64,000 nt of DNA from Murinocardiopsis flavida. Its GTDB lineage: Bacteria; Actinomycetota; Actinomycetes; Streptosporangiales; Streptosporangiaceae. Below are positions 47,442 to 56,615 of the stretch, piece after piece. How positions within the stretch are numbered: position 1 is the stretch's first letter; each line of letters opens with the position of its first letter. The DNA is taken from NCBI RefSeq assembly GCF_003014485.1, contig NZ_PYGA01000023.1:46160-110159 (forward strand). The letters run 5' to 3'. The position numbers and the translations under genes were made by a program. The notes below the pieces were generated by a model. That model did not search any database and was not told the DNA's origin. It was given only the letters and a program-made list of their open reading frames with translations.

Positions 47442-48836
47442 TCATGCGGGGGTCAGGGCGTACAGGTCGTCGTCGGCCATGACGATGGCATGGCCGTCGA
47501 GCAGGCCCCAGGGACGGGCGGCGCCCGTCTCCAGGTTCTCGGGCGAACCGTCGCGGCCGACAGCCACCGCGACGCCCTTCCGTTCGCCGTACAGTGTGGG
47601 ACCGGCCGCGCTCGTGGGGCGGAAGCCGCCGAGGAGGCGCCCTTCGCCCGCTTCGAGGTCGACCAGCAGCGGGCCGTAGGCTCCGACGCCGTCGCCCACC
47701 ACCCAGCGGGCGTCCACGAGGGCCTGTTCGGCGACCGCGGTGGAACTCGCGACCGAACCGTCCTGCGAGTCGTGGACGGCGAGGATGGTGCGGCCGCCGC
47801 CCGCCGCGGCCCAGCGGACGATGACGTAGTCGTCGGAGGCCGCGAGTACGCGTTCGAGGCGGGTGGCCTGGTCCGGGGGTACCGGCTCGACCTCGCGGGC
47901 CTTGCCCGCAGGCCGGACCCACGACCACGGCCCGTTGGCGGACGCGGCGAGCACGGAATCGCCTTTGGCGAGCAGGCCGGCGGTCCCCTGCGGGGTGTCG
48001 ACCTCGACGAGCTCGCCGTCGGACGGCACGAACGCCGCCCCCTCGGTGAGGACCATGGGGGCCGAGCCGCCGTAGCTCACCTGCCCGCCGCTGGGCAGCT
48101 CGAAGCGCTCGGGGTCGCCGCCGCCGGACGCCCACACCCACAGCGACTCGGAGTCGGACAGGGAGACGCTGAAGTCGTCGGCCCCGCCGTTGATGCGCAG
48201 GCCGCTCTTGACCTCGGCCGGCGGGAGGGGCGACTCCTCGGACCACTTGCGCACGCCGTCGGGACCGATGGCGGCGATCTTGCCGTCGGCGCCGACGATC
48301 GCCGCGACGCTGCCGTCCTCGGCGACGGACGGCCGCGACCCGGGCGCCAGCGGGATCTTCCAGAGGGCGTCCTCCGTGAACCCGGGAGGCGCCGGACGCG
48401 AGTTGAACGAGGCGGACTCGGGCGTGGTCGCGGCGTCGGCGGACTCGGGCCAGCCCGGCGGCAGCATCCGGTAGGCGAGGGTGCCGGTACCGGCGAGGCC
48501 GCCGATGACGAGGACGGCGACCGCGGCGACCAGCAGCCCGCTGCGGCGCCCGCCGCCGGAGGTCCCGGCCTCGGCGGCGCGGACCACCCCGGTGGGCGTG
48601 GCGGTGAGCTGCCATTCGCTGGAGGCGTCGGCGGCGTGGATGCGCACGGGGCGGCCGAGTCGTACGGCGTGCTCGACGGCGACGTCGAGCGCCGCGCGGC
48701 GGGTCTCCTTGGGACCGGCGCCGCCGACCCAGCGGTGGTCGTCCTTGAAGGTGATCTCGGCATGCCGCTCGTCGGGGGCGATGACGAGCGTGACCGGCGA
48801 CTTGTGGGGCTTCTGCTGCTTGGCACCGCGCCTCAT
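47442..48836 (-). CDS. bitopic membrane protein, cytoplasmic N-domain + extracellular beta-rich domain (hypothetical)
   Basis: 465 aa with one TM helix (LLVAAVAVLVIGGLAG). It ends 26 nt upstream of the LPXTG gene, so the two are probably co-transcribed. Confidence 0.5.
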   Translation of the reverse strand: MRRGAKQQKPHKSPVTLVIAPDERHAEITFKDDHRWVGGAGPKETRRAALDVAVEHAVRLGRPVRIHAADASSEWQLTATPTGVVRAAEAGTSGGGRRSGLLVAAVAVLVIGGLAGTGTLAYRMLPPGWPESADAATTPESASFNSRPAPPGFTEDALWKIPLAPGSRPSVAEDGSVAAIVGADGKIAAIGPDGVRKWSEESPLPPAEVKSGLRINGGADDFSVSLSDSESLWVWASGGGDPERFELPSGGQVSYGGSAPMVLTEGAAFVPSDGELVEVDTPQGTAGLLAKGDSVLAASANGPWSWVRPAGKAREVEPVPPDQATRLERVLAASDDYVIVRWAAAGGGRTILAVHDSQDGSVASSTAVAEQALVDARWVVGDGVGAYGPLLVDLEAGEGRLLGGFRPTSAAGPTLYGERKGVAVAVGRDGSPENLETGAARPWGLLDGHAIVMADDDLYALTPA

Positions 48837-49451
48837 GCGGGCTCCGGCGCCGACACGGCCGGCCCTCCGGGCACGCCTCGACCGCGGCGCGGCGGAAGGG
48901 CTGTGCGCATCGGCGGGGGAATCCTGTCCGTGGGCGGGTCGTGGCGGTGCGGGCGTGGGTGGGCCGGGCCGTTCTCTGGTATATCGACGCTCAACGGCCA
49001 GGGACGGTTGCGGTACATGAGGCGCAAAGCAACGGGGGACAGCAGCGATCATACTAATTCGCGCCGTTGCCGCATCGTCGCGATGCGTCCATTCCGGTTA
49101 CGGACGACCGCGCGATGCGCTTCGACCGCGCCGAAACAGGGAGACTCCTCACCGCGACCTGCGGCGACGCCGTCGGCCATAGTGCCGGGCGCCGTATCGC
49201 CCCGATACGGGCACCCAGCCGCACACCACGCTCCCACCGCCCTGGCCACATCCGGCCGGATCGGGCCCGCGCAGCGTTCGACGCGCCCGCCTCCCACCCG
49301 CGCCCAGCGCCCGTGCACCGTTCGGCGGACCCGGGACCCCGCCCGCACACCCCGCACCACACCCAGGGCCCCGCGCACGCACAGCGGCCCCGCTGCCCTC
49401 CCGCTTCCGCGGGACGGGCGGCGGGGCCGCGGGGTGCGGCGCCGGTGCGCC

Positions 49452-50258
49452 TCAGACCTCCTTGAGCATCCCGGCGTCCACGACGACATCGGCGCCCGTC
49501 GTGCCCGCAGAGCGCGGGGAGGCGAGCTGGACGATCGCGTCGGCGACCTCCCGCGGGTCGAGGAGGCGGCCGATCGTCAGCCGCATCATCTCCGGCCCGG
49601 CGGTGTCCATGACGGTGTCGCGATCGGTGCCGACCGCCGCCGCGAAGACGTCGGCCGCGCCGCCCTCCTCGGTCCACCACGGCGTCCGGACCGGGCCCGG
49701 CGTCACCGTGTTGACCCGGATCCCCTGCGGGCCGAACTCCTCGGAGAGCGACTTGGTGAGGGCGCTCAGCCCCGCCTTCGCCGCGCCGTAGTCGACGTTC
49801 ACGCCGCTCGGCTGCCGGGCGTGCGCGGACGACACGTTGACGATCGCGCCGCCGCCGCGCGCCAGCATCGCCGGCACCGCCGCGCGGACGGCCCGGACAG
49901 CGGAGAACAGGTTGAACTCGAACATCGCGCGCCAGTCGTCGTCACCGGGTTCCATGAACCCGAACTGCGGCATCGTCGTGCCGGGCGGCGGCCCGCCCGC
50001 GTTGTTCACCAGGATGTCCAGGCCGCCGAACTCCTCGACCGCACGGGCGACGGCCTGAGCGGGCGCATCCGGGTCCATGAGGTCCGCCGATACGTGGACC
50101 AGTGCCGGACCCGCCAGCGCGTCGAGGCCCGGTGTGGACTTCCGGGAGACGGCGACCACCCGCGCCCCTTCGTCCAGCAGCAAGCGGGTGGTGGCGAGTC
50201 CGATGCCCTTCGAGGCTCCGGTGACGACGGCGACCCGGTCGGTGAGTCGGAGATCCAT
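49452..50258 (-). CDS. SDR family oxidoreductase
   Basis: Contains VAVVTGASKGIGLA, NNAG and the S..Y...K region. Confidence 0.85.
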   Translation of the reverse strand: MDLRLTDRVAVVTGASKGIGLATTRLLLDEGARVVAVSRKSTPGLDALAGPALVHVSADLMDPDAPAQAVARAVEEFGGLDILVNNAGGPPPGTTMPQFGFMEPGDDDWRAMFEFNLFSAVRAVRAAVPAMLARGGGAIVNVSSAHARQPSGVNVDYGAAKAGLSALTKSLSEEFGPQGIRVNTVTPGPVRTPWWTEEGGAADVFAAAVGTDRDTVMDTAGPEMMRLTIGRLLDPREVADAIVQLASPRSAGTTGADVVVDAGMLKEV

Positions 50259-50513
50259 GGGTGGGCCCTTCGGTTCGAGGGCCGCGGCGCGCCGCGGCCA
50301 TGTCGTTCCCGGCCCTGTCGCGGTCCCGGGAGCGCCGTGCCTTCCGCACCGGCGCACCCCGTAAACGCCACGGACGTCAGATGTGTGAGGTCCCGGACGT
50401 CGAACGTGCCGAAGCGTGTCTCGCAACCGCGGGTGGGCTTTCGCCCTATCGGGGTCGGCCCGCCTGCGGCCCACAAACACCGAAACTCCACCCGCGGCCA
50501 AGGGAACCGAGTA

Positions 50514-52790
50514 CTACGGGCGGCCCACGAAGACGCGGACGACCGAGCCCTTGGGGAGGGTCGAACCCGGGTTCGGGTTGACCGCGGCGACGGTTCCCGC
50601 GCCGCCCGGGGAGCGGACGGTGCGCGGGGACACGCGCACCGTGTAGCCGGCGTCCTTCAGCGCGCGCACCGCGTCGTCCTTGGGACGGCCCAGCACGTCG
50701 GGGATTGCCGCACCGTCGCCCCGCCGCCCGGCGGGGCCGTTCTTGCGGTCGTCGCCCGCGCCGCCGTTGTGCACGCCGTCGGTGAAGTCGCTCGCCGGCA
50801 GCCCGGCCGACGCCTCGCTCATGGTCGCGCGCCAGATGGGGCCGGGGATGTCGGCGCCGTACACGATGCGGAAGTAGCGGCCGCCGAGGCTCACGTGGCG
50901 CAACGGGTGGCTCTCACCGCCCCGCGGGTCGCCCACCGCGACCGCGCTCGACAGGTGCGGCGTGTACCCGGCGAACCACGAGTACGCGGCGCCGTCGGTG
51001 GTCCCGCTCTTCGCCGCGGCCGGCCGGCCGATCCCCAGCCCGTCGGCGGTGCCGCCGTCGAAGGTCTGCGCGAGGACGTGGCTGACGCCGTTCGCCACCT
51101 CCTCGGACAGCACTTCGCGGCATTCGGGCTGGATGTCCATGCGCTCGCCGGTGGACTCGATGTCGATGGACGCGATCGGCTCGGGACGGCAGTAGGTCCC
51201 CCCTGAGGCGAAGACGGCGTAGGCGCCGGCCATCGTGAGGGGCGACACCTCCTGGTCGCCGAGGGTGAAGGACGCCCATTGCCCGAGCGGCGCGCCGTCG
51301 GCACGGTGCACACCGAGCCGCTTCGCCGTCTTGACCGTGTCGCACAGCCCGACGGCGGCCTGCAACTGGGCGAAGTAGGTGTTCACGGACCCCTTGGTGC
51401 CCTCGATCATGTCGAGCCGCCCGGAGTCGCTCTCCGCGGAGTTCTTGACGTCCCACGGCGACAGCCGGTCGCCGCCGCAGGTGCGCAGCCCGCTGACCGT
51501 GGTGCTGCCCGGCGAACTGAAGGTGGTGCCGTAGCCCATGCCCTGGTCGAGGGCCGCTGCGAGGGTGAACGCCTTGAAGGTCGACCCGGCCTGGAAGCCC
51601 GTGCCGCCGCCGTACTCGGCGTCCACGGCGAAGTTGATGGCGGTCTGGCCGCGGACGTTCTCGTCGTAGCCGAAGTCGCGGCTCTGCGCGATCGCCCGCA
51701 CGGCTCCGGTGCCGGGCTCGACCAGCGCCTGCGCCGCCACCTTGCCGGACTCATTGCGGCGCGGCACGTACCGGTCCACGGCGTCCTGGGCGGCCTCCTG
51801 GGCGCGGGGGACGAGGGTGGTGCGGATGCGCAGGCCGGCGGTGCGCAGCCAGCGGGCGCGCTGCTCCTTGGTCTTGCCGTAGCGGGGGTTCCGCTCGATC
51901 TCGTTCACCACGTAGGTGCAGAAGAACGGCGCGTCGCTGTACATGCAGCCGTTCTCGAAGTTGTTGACGTCCAGGACCAGGTCGGCGTCCTGGGCCGCCG
52001 CGGCCTCGCGCTTGCCGAGCATGTCGGAGACGACCATGCGGTCGAGGACGATGTTGCGGCGGTCGATCGCCTTCTCGGGGTGGAGCAGGGGGTTGTAGCC
52101 GGATGGGGAGCGGACGAGCGCGGCGAGCATCGACGCCTGGCCAAGTTCGAGGTCCGCGGCCGCGACGCCGAAGTAGTGGCGGGCCGCTGACTCGATGCCG
52201 TAGGCGCCGTCGCCGAAGTAGGCGACGTTGAGGTAGCCGGCGAGGATCTCGTCCTTCGCCATCCGCTTCTCGATGCCGATCGCGTACCGCAGTTCCTTGA
52301 CCTTGCGGGCGATGGTGACCTCGGTGGCGTCCTGCTTCTCCTCCTCTGTGCCCGCGCCTTCCAGCAGCACGTTCTTCACGTACTGCTGGGTGAGGCTCGA
52401 ACCGCCCTGGGTCTCACCGCGGAGGGTCGCCAGCACGGCGCGGAAGGTGCCCTGGAAGTCGACCCCGTTGTGCTCGTAGAAGCGCCGGTCCTCGCTCGCC
52501 ATGATCGCGTCGCGCATGACCGGCGCGATCGCGCCGATGCGGACGGGCTGCCGGTTCTTGTCGTAGATCTGGGCGAGTTCGGAGCCGTCGGCGGCGTGGA
52601 TGACGGACCGCTGCGGTGGCGGCGGGGCGTCGAGTTCCGATGGCAGGTCGAGGAATCCGACGGCCATGTTCCGGACCGCGAACGCCGTCCCTCCCACAAA
52701 AGGGAGAACCATCCCCGTAACGAGCAGACCGGCGACAACGCCCAATGCGCCGATCCGGCCGATTTGCCGGAGCAATTCCACGTTAGCCAC
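50514..52790 (-). CDS. class A penicillin-binding protein (transglycosylase + transpeptidase) with C-terminal PASTA domain
   Basis: GT51 motifs EDRRFYEHNGVD, the TPase motifs STFK, SxN and KSG, and a PASTA-like C-terminus. GTG start, with an AT-rich promoter upstream. Confidence 0.85.
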   Translation of the reverse strand: MANVELLRQIGRIGALGVVAGLLVTGMVLPFVGGTAFAVRNMAVGFLDLPSELDAPPPPQRSVIHAADGSELAQIYDKNRQPVRIGAIAPVMRDAIMASEDRRFYEHNGVDFQGTFRAVLATLRGETQGGSSLTQQYVKNVLLEGAGTEEEKQDATEVTIARKVKELRYAIGIEKRMAKDEILAGYLNVAYFGDGAYGIESAARHYFGVAAADLELGQASMLAALVRSPSGYNPLLHPEKAIDRRNIVLDRMVVSDMLGKREAAAAQDADLVLDVNNFENGCMYSDAPFFCTYVVNEIERNPRYGKTKEQRARWLRTAGLRIRTTLVPRAQEAAQDAVDRYVPRRNESGKVAAQALVEPGTGAVRAIAQSRDFGYDENVRGQTAINFAVDAEYGGGTGFQAGSTFKAFTLAAALDQGMGYGTTFSSPGSTTVSGLRTCGGDRLSPWDVKNSAESDSGRLDMIEGTKGSVNTYFAQLQAAVGLCDTVKTAKRLGVHRADGAPLGQWASFTLGDQEVSPLTMAGAYAVFASGGTYCRPEPIASIDIESTGERMDIQPECREVLSEEVANGVSHVLAQTFDGGTADGLGIGRPAAAKSGTTDGAAYSWFAGYTPHLSSAVAVGDPRGGESHPLRHVSLGGRYFRIVYGADIPGPIWRATMSEASAGLPASDFTDGVHNGGAGDDRKNGPAGRRGDGAAIPDVLGRPKDDAVRALKDAGYTVRVSPRTVRSPGGAGTVAAVNPNPGSTLPKGSVVRVFVGRP

Positions 52791-52910
52791 GGATTGATAC
52801 TAGGACGAAGCGCCCTGAATTCCCGGTAGCGGAATGCCCGGTATTGGAACCGGATATTAAATTCTCGCCATATGCATGTCTTTGCCGATCCCCCGATCCC
52901 CCTCGCGCGC

Positions 52911-52942
52911 CGGGCCGCCGGGCCGCCGGGCCGCCGGGCCGC
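52911..52942. repeat. 8-bp tandem repeat cgggccgc x4 in the PBP upstream region
   Basis: Seen directly in the sequence. Confidence 0.5.
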
Positions 52943-53057
52943 CGCGACGAGGAATACCGGCCGCCCCCAGCGGGCGGCGGCCGCCACGGCCCCCGCTGCG
53001 CGACGATCCGCGGATCGGGCGCGGCAGGGGACCGCGAAGCACCCGGCGGCGCACGCC

Positions 53058-55313
53058 TCAGGGGCGGGCGACCGGGTCGGGTGCCCTCCCGTTCCCGGCG
53101 CGCGCCGCTGCCGCGCCGCGGGCGTGCCGCGGCGGGGCCGACCGCCCGTTGGCGCCGCGGACCACGGGCGCAGCCTCGTCGCCACCGTCCCCGCCACCGT
53201 CGGCGCCGTGCCGCATCGCGGGCTCCCGTTGCGGGATCTCGGCCGCCGCCGTGCGGTAGAGCGCGTCGACCGCGTCGGCGAACCGCTCCTGCGCGGTCGG
53301 CTCCTCCGGCCCGAGCAGGTAGCTCGCCAGCTTGGCGCGCGGGCCGGCGTACACGTCTGCCTCGGTGTCGGCGACCGCTCGCAGCGCCTCCTTGAGGCCG
53401 CGCCCGTCGGGGCGCAGCAGGTAGGCGGCCGCAGCCGTCGGGTGGGCGGTCCGGAATTCCATGTCGGGCACCCCGGCGCAGTTGGCGACCGCGTAGGGCT
53501 TGCCCGTGGCGATGAAGTCGGTGATCACCCCGGAGATGTCGCTGATGAGCAGGTCGGCGTGGTCGAAGCAGGAGTAGAGGTCGGGCCTGCCGTCCAGCAC
53601 GGCGAGGTGCTCGCCGGGGGCGCGGCCCAGCCAGTACAGCCGGTTCCACTCCCGTTCGAGGCGCTGGAGCTCCTCCACCTCGCCCGAGCCGACCGCGCCG
53701 TCGTCGCGCGAGCCGCGGGCCTCGTCCCGCTTGCGGTGGTACTCCGCCGAGCCGCGGATGCGCTCCTCGATCGCCGCGAGGCGGCGGGCGCCCGGCGCCG
53801 TCCCGCTGACGGGCGCGGCGCGTCCGGCGTCCTCGATCATGGCGACGATGGCGCGGTGCGCCGCTGCGGCGCGCGGGTCGCGCGTCCCCGTTGCGGGGTG
53901 CGGGCGGTACAGCACCCGCACCGGCGGTTCGGCGCCGAGGAGCAGTTCGACCAGCGCCTCCCCCGCGTCGACCAGTGACGTGCCGCGGGGCGCGGCGGCC
54001 GTGCCCTCCCAGGTCGGGGCGTACAGAACGGTCGGGACGGGGCCTGCCGTCGCATGCACCGACATCCGCGCGACGGCGTCGAGCTGCGGCCGTCCGATCT
54101 CCACGAACGCGTCGTCGCGCAGGACCGAGCGGGCCGACGCGTAGCGGTCGCGGCCGCCCTTGCCCGCGGTCCACACCTGGTCGTAGGCGCGGCAGACCGG
54201 GTCGGGCACCGCGTCGCCGTCGCGGTCGCCGTGGCCGACGAGCACGTGCCGCAGCCGCTGGTTGCGGAGCAGGTCGGTGTTCGCGGCATTGCTGTCGGGG
54301 TAGAGCGCGACCCGCGCCCGCCCGAAGTCGAGCGCCGCCAGGTCCTCTGCGTCCGGGACGCACAGCACCGGCAGCGGGGTCGGCGCCAGGTGGGCCGCAG
54401 CGGAGCGGTCGCGCAGCACGACGAGCGGCCTGCGGCGGTCGCCTTGGCGCACGAGCGGCTCCAGCCACATGTCGGCGCGGTGGATTCCGGTGTCGGTCCC
54501 GGCGTAGTAGAGCAGCACCTCGGGCCCGTAACCGTCGATCCAGGTCTGCATGTAGGCGACGACCTCCTCGCCGACCGCCATGCGCCGGGCCGCGACGGCG
54601 TAGGGGACGAGCGCGGCGAGCGCCGCCGTCCCCGCGACGACGGCGAGCGCGGGCCCCGCGAGCGCCGGAATCTCACTCTGTGTGATCAGTCCGGCGAGGA
54701 CCCCGGCGAGGACCGCCGCGTCCAGCAGCAGGAGGCGGCGCAGCGCACCGGTCACCAGGAACGCGGGCGGCCCGTCGGGGATGTCGAGCGGGTCCAGGTC
54801 GATGTTCCTGGTGACGACGGGGAGGCTGCGGTACCGGCGCAGCCGCCGCAGGACGACGTCGTAGCCGAACTGGAGGCAGAACAGCGCCATCATGGCGCCG
54901 ATGGCGGCCCACAGCGGGATTCCGGCCGCTGCGCCGGTCGTGCCCAGCAGGGCGAGCAGCAGGCCCTGGCGCAGCAGCGCCTGAGTGGTCGAGCCGAGGC
55001 GGTACCTGGACAGCTCCCGCAGCGCGCGCGGCGCTCGGAGCTGCACGAACACGGTCGCCGCGTAGACCAGGGCGGCACCGGCTGCGAAGGTCCACACCGA
55101 TGCGGCGAGCACCGCCGCGGCGAGCAGGGCGAACCCCGAGGCGAGCACGCCCAGGGCGACTACGGCGGGGACTCCGAGGATGCGGGGGGCCTCAGCCGGA
55201 GTCACCGCTCCCCCTCGTTCAGCGGGGCTCTGCCCCGGGCGGCGGTCGTCCTGAGAACAAGCCGGGGCGCCTCCGGCGCCGGCACTGCGTCGTCGCGCAA
55301 TGTCCCTCCCCAC
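53058..55313 (-). CDS. CDP-glycerol glycerophosphotransferase (TagB/TagF) family protein with N-terminal membrane domain
   Basis: N-terminal multi-TM domain followed by a C-terminal TagF-like domain (...LYAPTWEG..., ...FDHADLLISDISGVITDFIATGKPY...). The start codon is uncertain. Confidence 0.65.
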   Translation of the reverse strand: MGRDIARRRSAGAGGAPACSQDDRRPGQSPAERGGAVTPAEAPRILGVPAVVALGVLASGFALLAAAVLAASVWTFAAGAALVYAATVFVQLRAPRALRELSRYRLGSTTQALLRQGLLLALLGTTGAAAGIPLWAAIGAMMALFCLQFGYDVVLRRLRRYRSLPVVTRNIDLDPLDIPDGPPAFLVTGALRRLLLLDAAVLAGVLAGLITQSEIPALAGPALAVVAGTAALAALVPYAVAARRMAVGEEVVAYMQTWIDGYGPEVLLYYAGTDTGIHRADMWLEPLVRQGDRRRPLVVLRDRSAAAHLAPTPLPVLCVPDAEDLAALDFGRARVALYPDSNAANTDLLRNQRLRHVLVGHGDRDGDAVPDPVCRAYDQVWTAGKGGRDRYASARSVLRDDAFVEIGRPQLDAVARMSVHATAGPVPTVLYAPTWEGTAAAPRGTSLVDAGEALVELLLGAEPPVRVLYRPHPATGTRDPRAAAAHRAIVAMIEDAGRAAPVSGTAPGARRLAAIEERIRGSAEYHRKRDEARGSRDDGAVGSGEVEELQRLEREWNRLYWLGRAPGEHLAVLDGRPDLYSCFDHADLLISDISGVITDFIATGKPYAVANCAGVPDMEFRTAHPTAAAAYLLRPDGRGLKEALRAVADTEADVYAGPRAKLASYLLGPEEPTAQERFADAVDALYRTAAAEIPQREPAMRHGADGGGDGGDEAAPVVRGANGRSAPPRHARGAAAARAGNGRAPDPVARP

Positions 55314-55562
55314 GTGTGGGTCGGCACGATTGCGTACACCCTGCTCGGCCGACCGTCGAAAACAGCTCTACCAGGTAATTTCACAGACAGTAGCCGGTCA
55401 ATTGCGGGCATGGGAACCACCATGGCGGGCATGTCGGACGTCGGACCCACGTCCCGCTAACAGCACCCCTGCCCGGACGGCGAAAACCCGCCGAACAGAA
55501 GGCGCCACGGGTTACCTTCGAGACCCCGGCGCGACGGCTCTCTCTACCGGCGAGGAGGACGG

Positions 55563-55721
55563 ATGCCAGCGAACGATCACACGGAACACGAAGAAACGGA
55601 CCGATTGGCCGAGGAGGTGCAATCCGTCCTTTTCGCCTATGACCTGAAGAGGCTGGTCAGGGCGTCGAAGGAGAACGACGCCGAGGCCGTCGCCGAGATC
55701 AGGAACGGTCACGAATCTTAG
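55563..55721 (+). CDS. small ORF (52 aa) with strong SD
   Basis: GAGGAGGA SD 6 nt before the ATG. The peptide is acidic and helical, MPANDHTEHEETDRLAEEVQSVLFAYDLKRLV.... It falls below the ORF-track size cutoff. Confidence 0.25.
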   Translation: MPANDHTEHEETDRLAEEVQSVLFAYDLKRLVRASKENDAEAVAEIRNGHES

Positions 55722-55808
55722 CAAAAACCTGAACGGCAGTTGCTGTGTTATATAATCCAGTGTTAGGGTGACTACCCATTTGTCCCGTGTTCTATCAACA
55801 GGGGAATC

Positions 55809-56030
55809 ATGAAACTCACCATGCTCGCCAAGGACGACAAGTCCCAAAAAGGTGATTGTCCTTCCGTTTACATGTCCGATACCGGCGAACTCGTCGTACA
55901 GGGCTTCCAGCTTGACGCTTCCGATCTGCGTGAACTGCACAACCCGCTGCCCGGCGAGGCCGCCGTTCGGATCTCCCCCGAGGTCGTCCTGAAGGCGATT
56001 CGGATCTACGAACAGAACAGGCCACTATGA
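55809..56030 (+). CDS. small protein, DUF397-like
   Basis: 73 aa (KGDCPSVYMSDTGELVVQG...). An AT-rich promoter (tatataat) lies upstream. Its stop overlaps the next ATG (ATGA). Confidence 0.5.
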   Translation: MKLTMLAKDDKSQKGDCPSVYMSDTGELVVQGFQLDASDLRELHNPLPGEAAVRISPEVVLKAIRIYEQNRPL

Positions 56031-56596
56031 CGACAGATAAGTCCGAACGACCCGTGAGCAGGGAGGTGTTCGGGCGCTATTTCCACGATTTCAATCACAC
56101 CGCGTTCAGGCTGGAGACGCTGCAAGAGTACGCGGCGCCGGATGAGCGCCGACCGTTCGAACGGTTCATGTCCGAGGGCCACCTCGAATTCGCTCCGGAT
56201 CTCATCGAATGGGGCGATGAAATTCGGGAGAAGGCATCCAGAGGACTTCTCCACAGCCGGGTCCACGTGGTCACCGAACCGTTGTCGGATTACCTGAGGT
56301 TCGAGTGCGCGGCCGGTTACCGGCACAACGTCACCGCAGGCGAGGACATCCGCATCCTGCCTGTCAAGGAGGGCGACTGGCCCGAGGGGATTCCCCACCT
56401 CGACTACTGGCTTTTCGATTCGCACCGGCTGGTGCGCATGGACTACAACCCCGACGGCTCCCTTCATGCGCCCGTGCTGGTCGACGACCCGAACGAGATC
56501 GTCGCCGCCAACGTCTGGCGCGACCGCGCCAAGCACCTGTCGATCCCCTACACCGAGTACGAATCCCGCTTCGACGCCTACATGCGTCCCCGTTGA
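56027..56596 (+). CDS. conserved hypothetical protein (189 aa)
   Basis: Coupled to both neighbours. No motif I recognise. Confidence 0.5.
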   Translation: MTTDKSERPVSREVFGRYFHDFNHTAFRLETLQEYAAPDERRPFERFMSEGHLEFAPDLIEWGDEIREKASRGLLHSRVHVVTEPLSDYLRFECAAGYRHNVTAGEDIRILPVKEGDWPEGIPHLDYWLFDSHRLVRMDYNPDGSLHAPVLVDDPNEIVAANVWRDRAKHLSIPYTEYESRFDAYMRPR

Positions 56597-56615
56597 GCGC
56601 GAAGGGACCGTCGCG

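Noticed and set aside
46777-48615. 612-aa minus ORF in the ORF track
   Set aside because: Only its last 212 aa, starting at ATG 47415 with an AAGGAG SD and a signal peptide, form a real LPXTG protein. The upstream 400 aa are Arg/Gly-rich and overlap the genuine 465-aa membrane protein gene in another frame.
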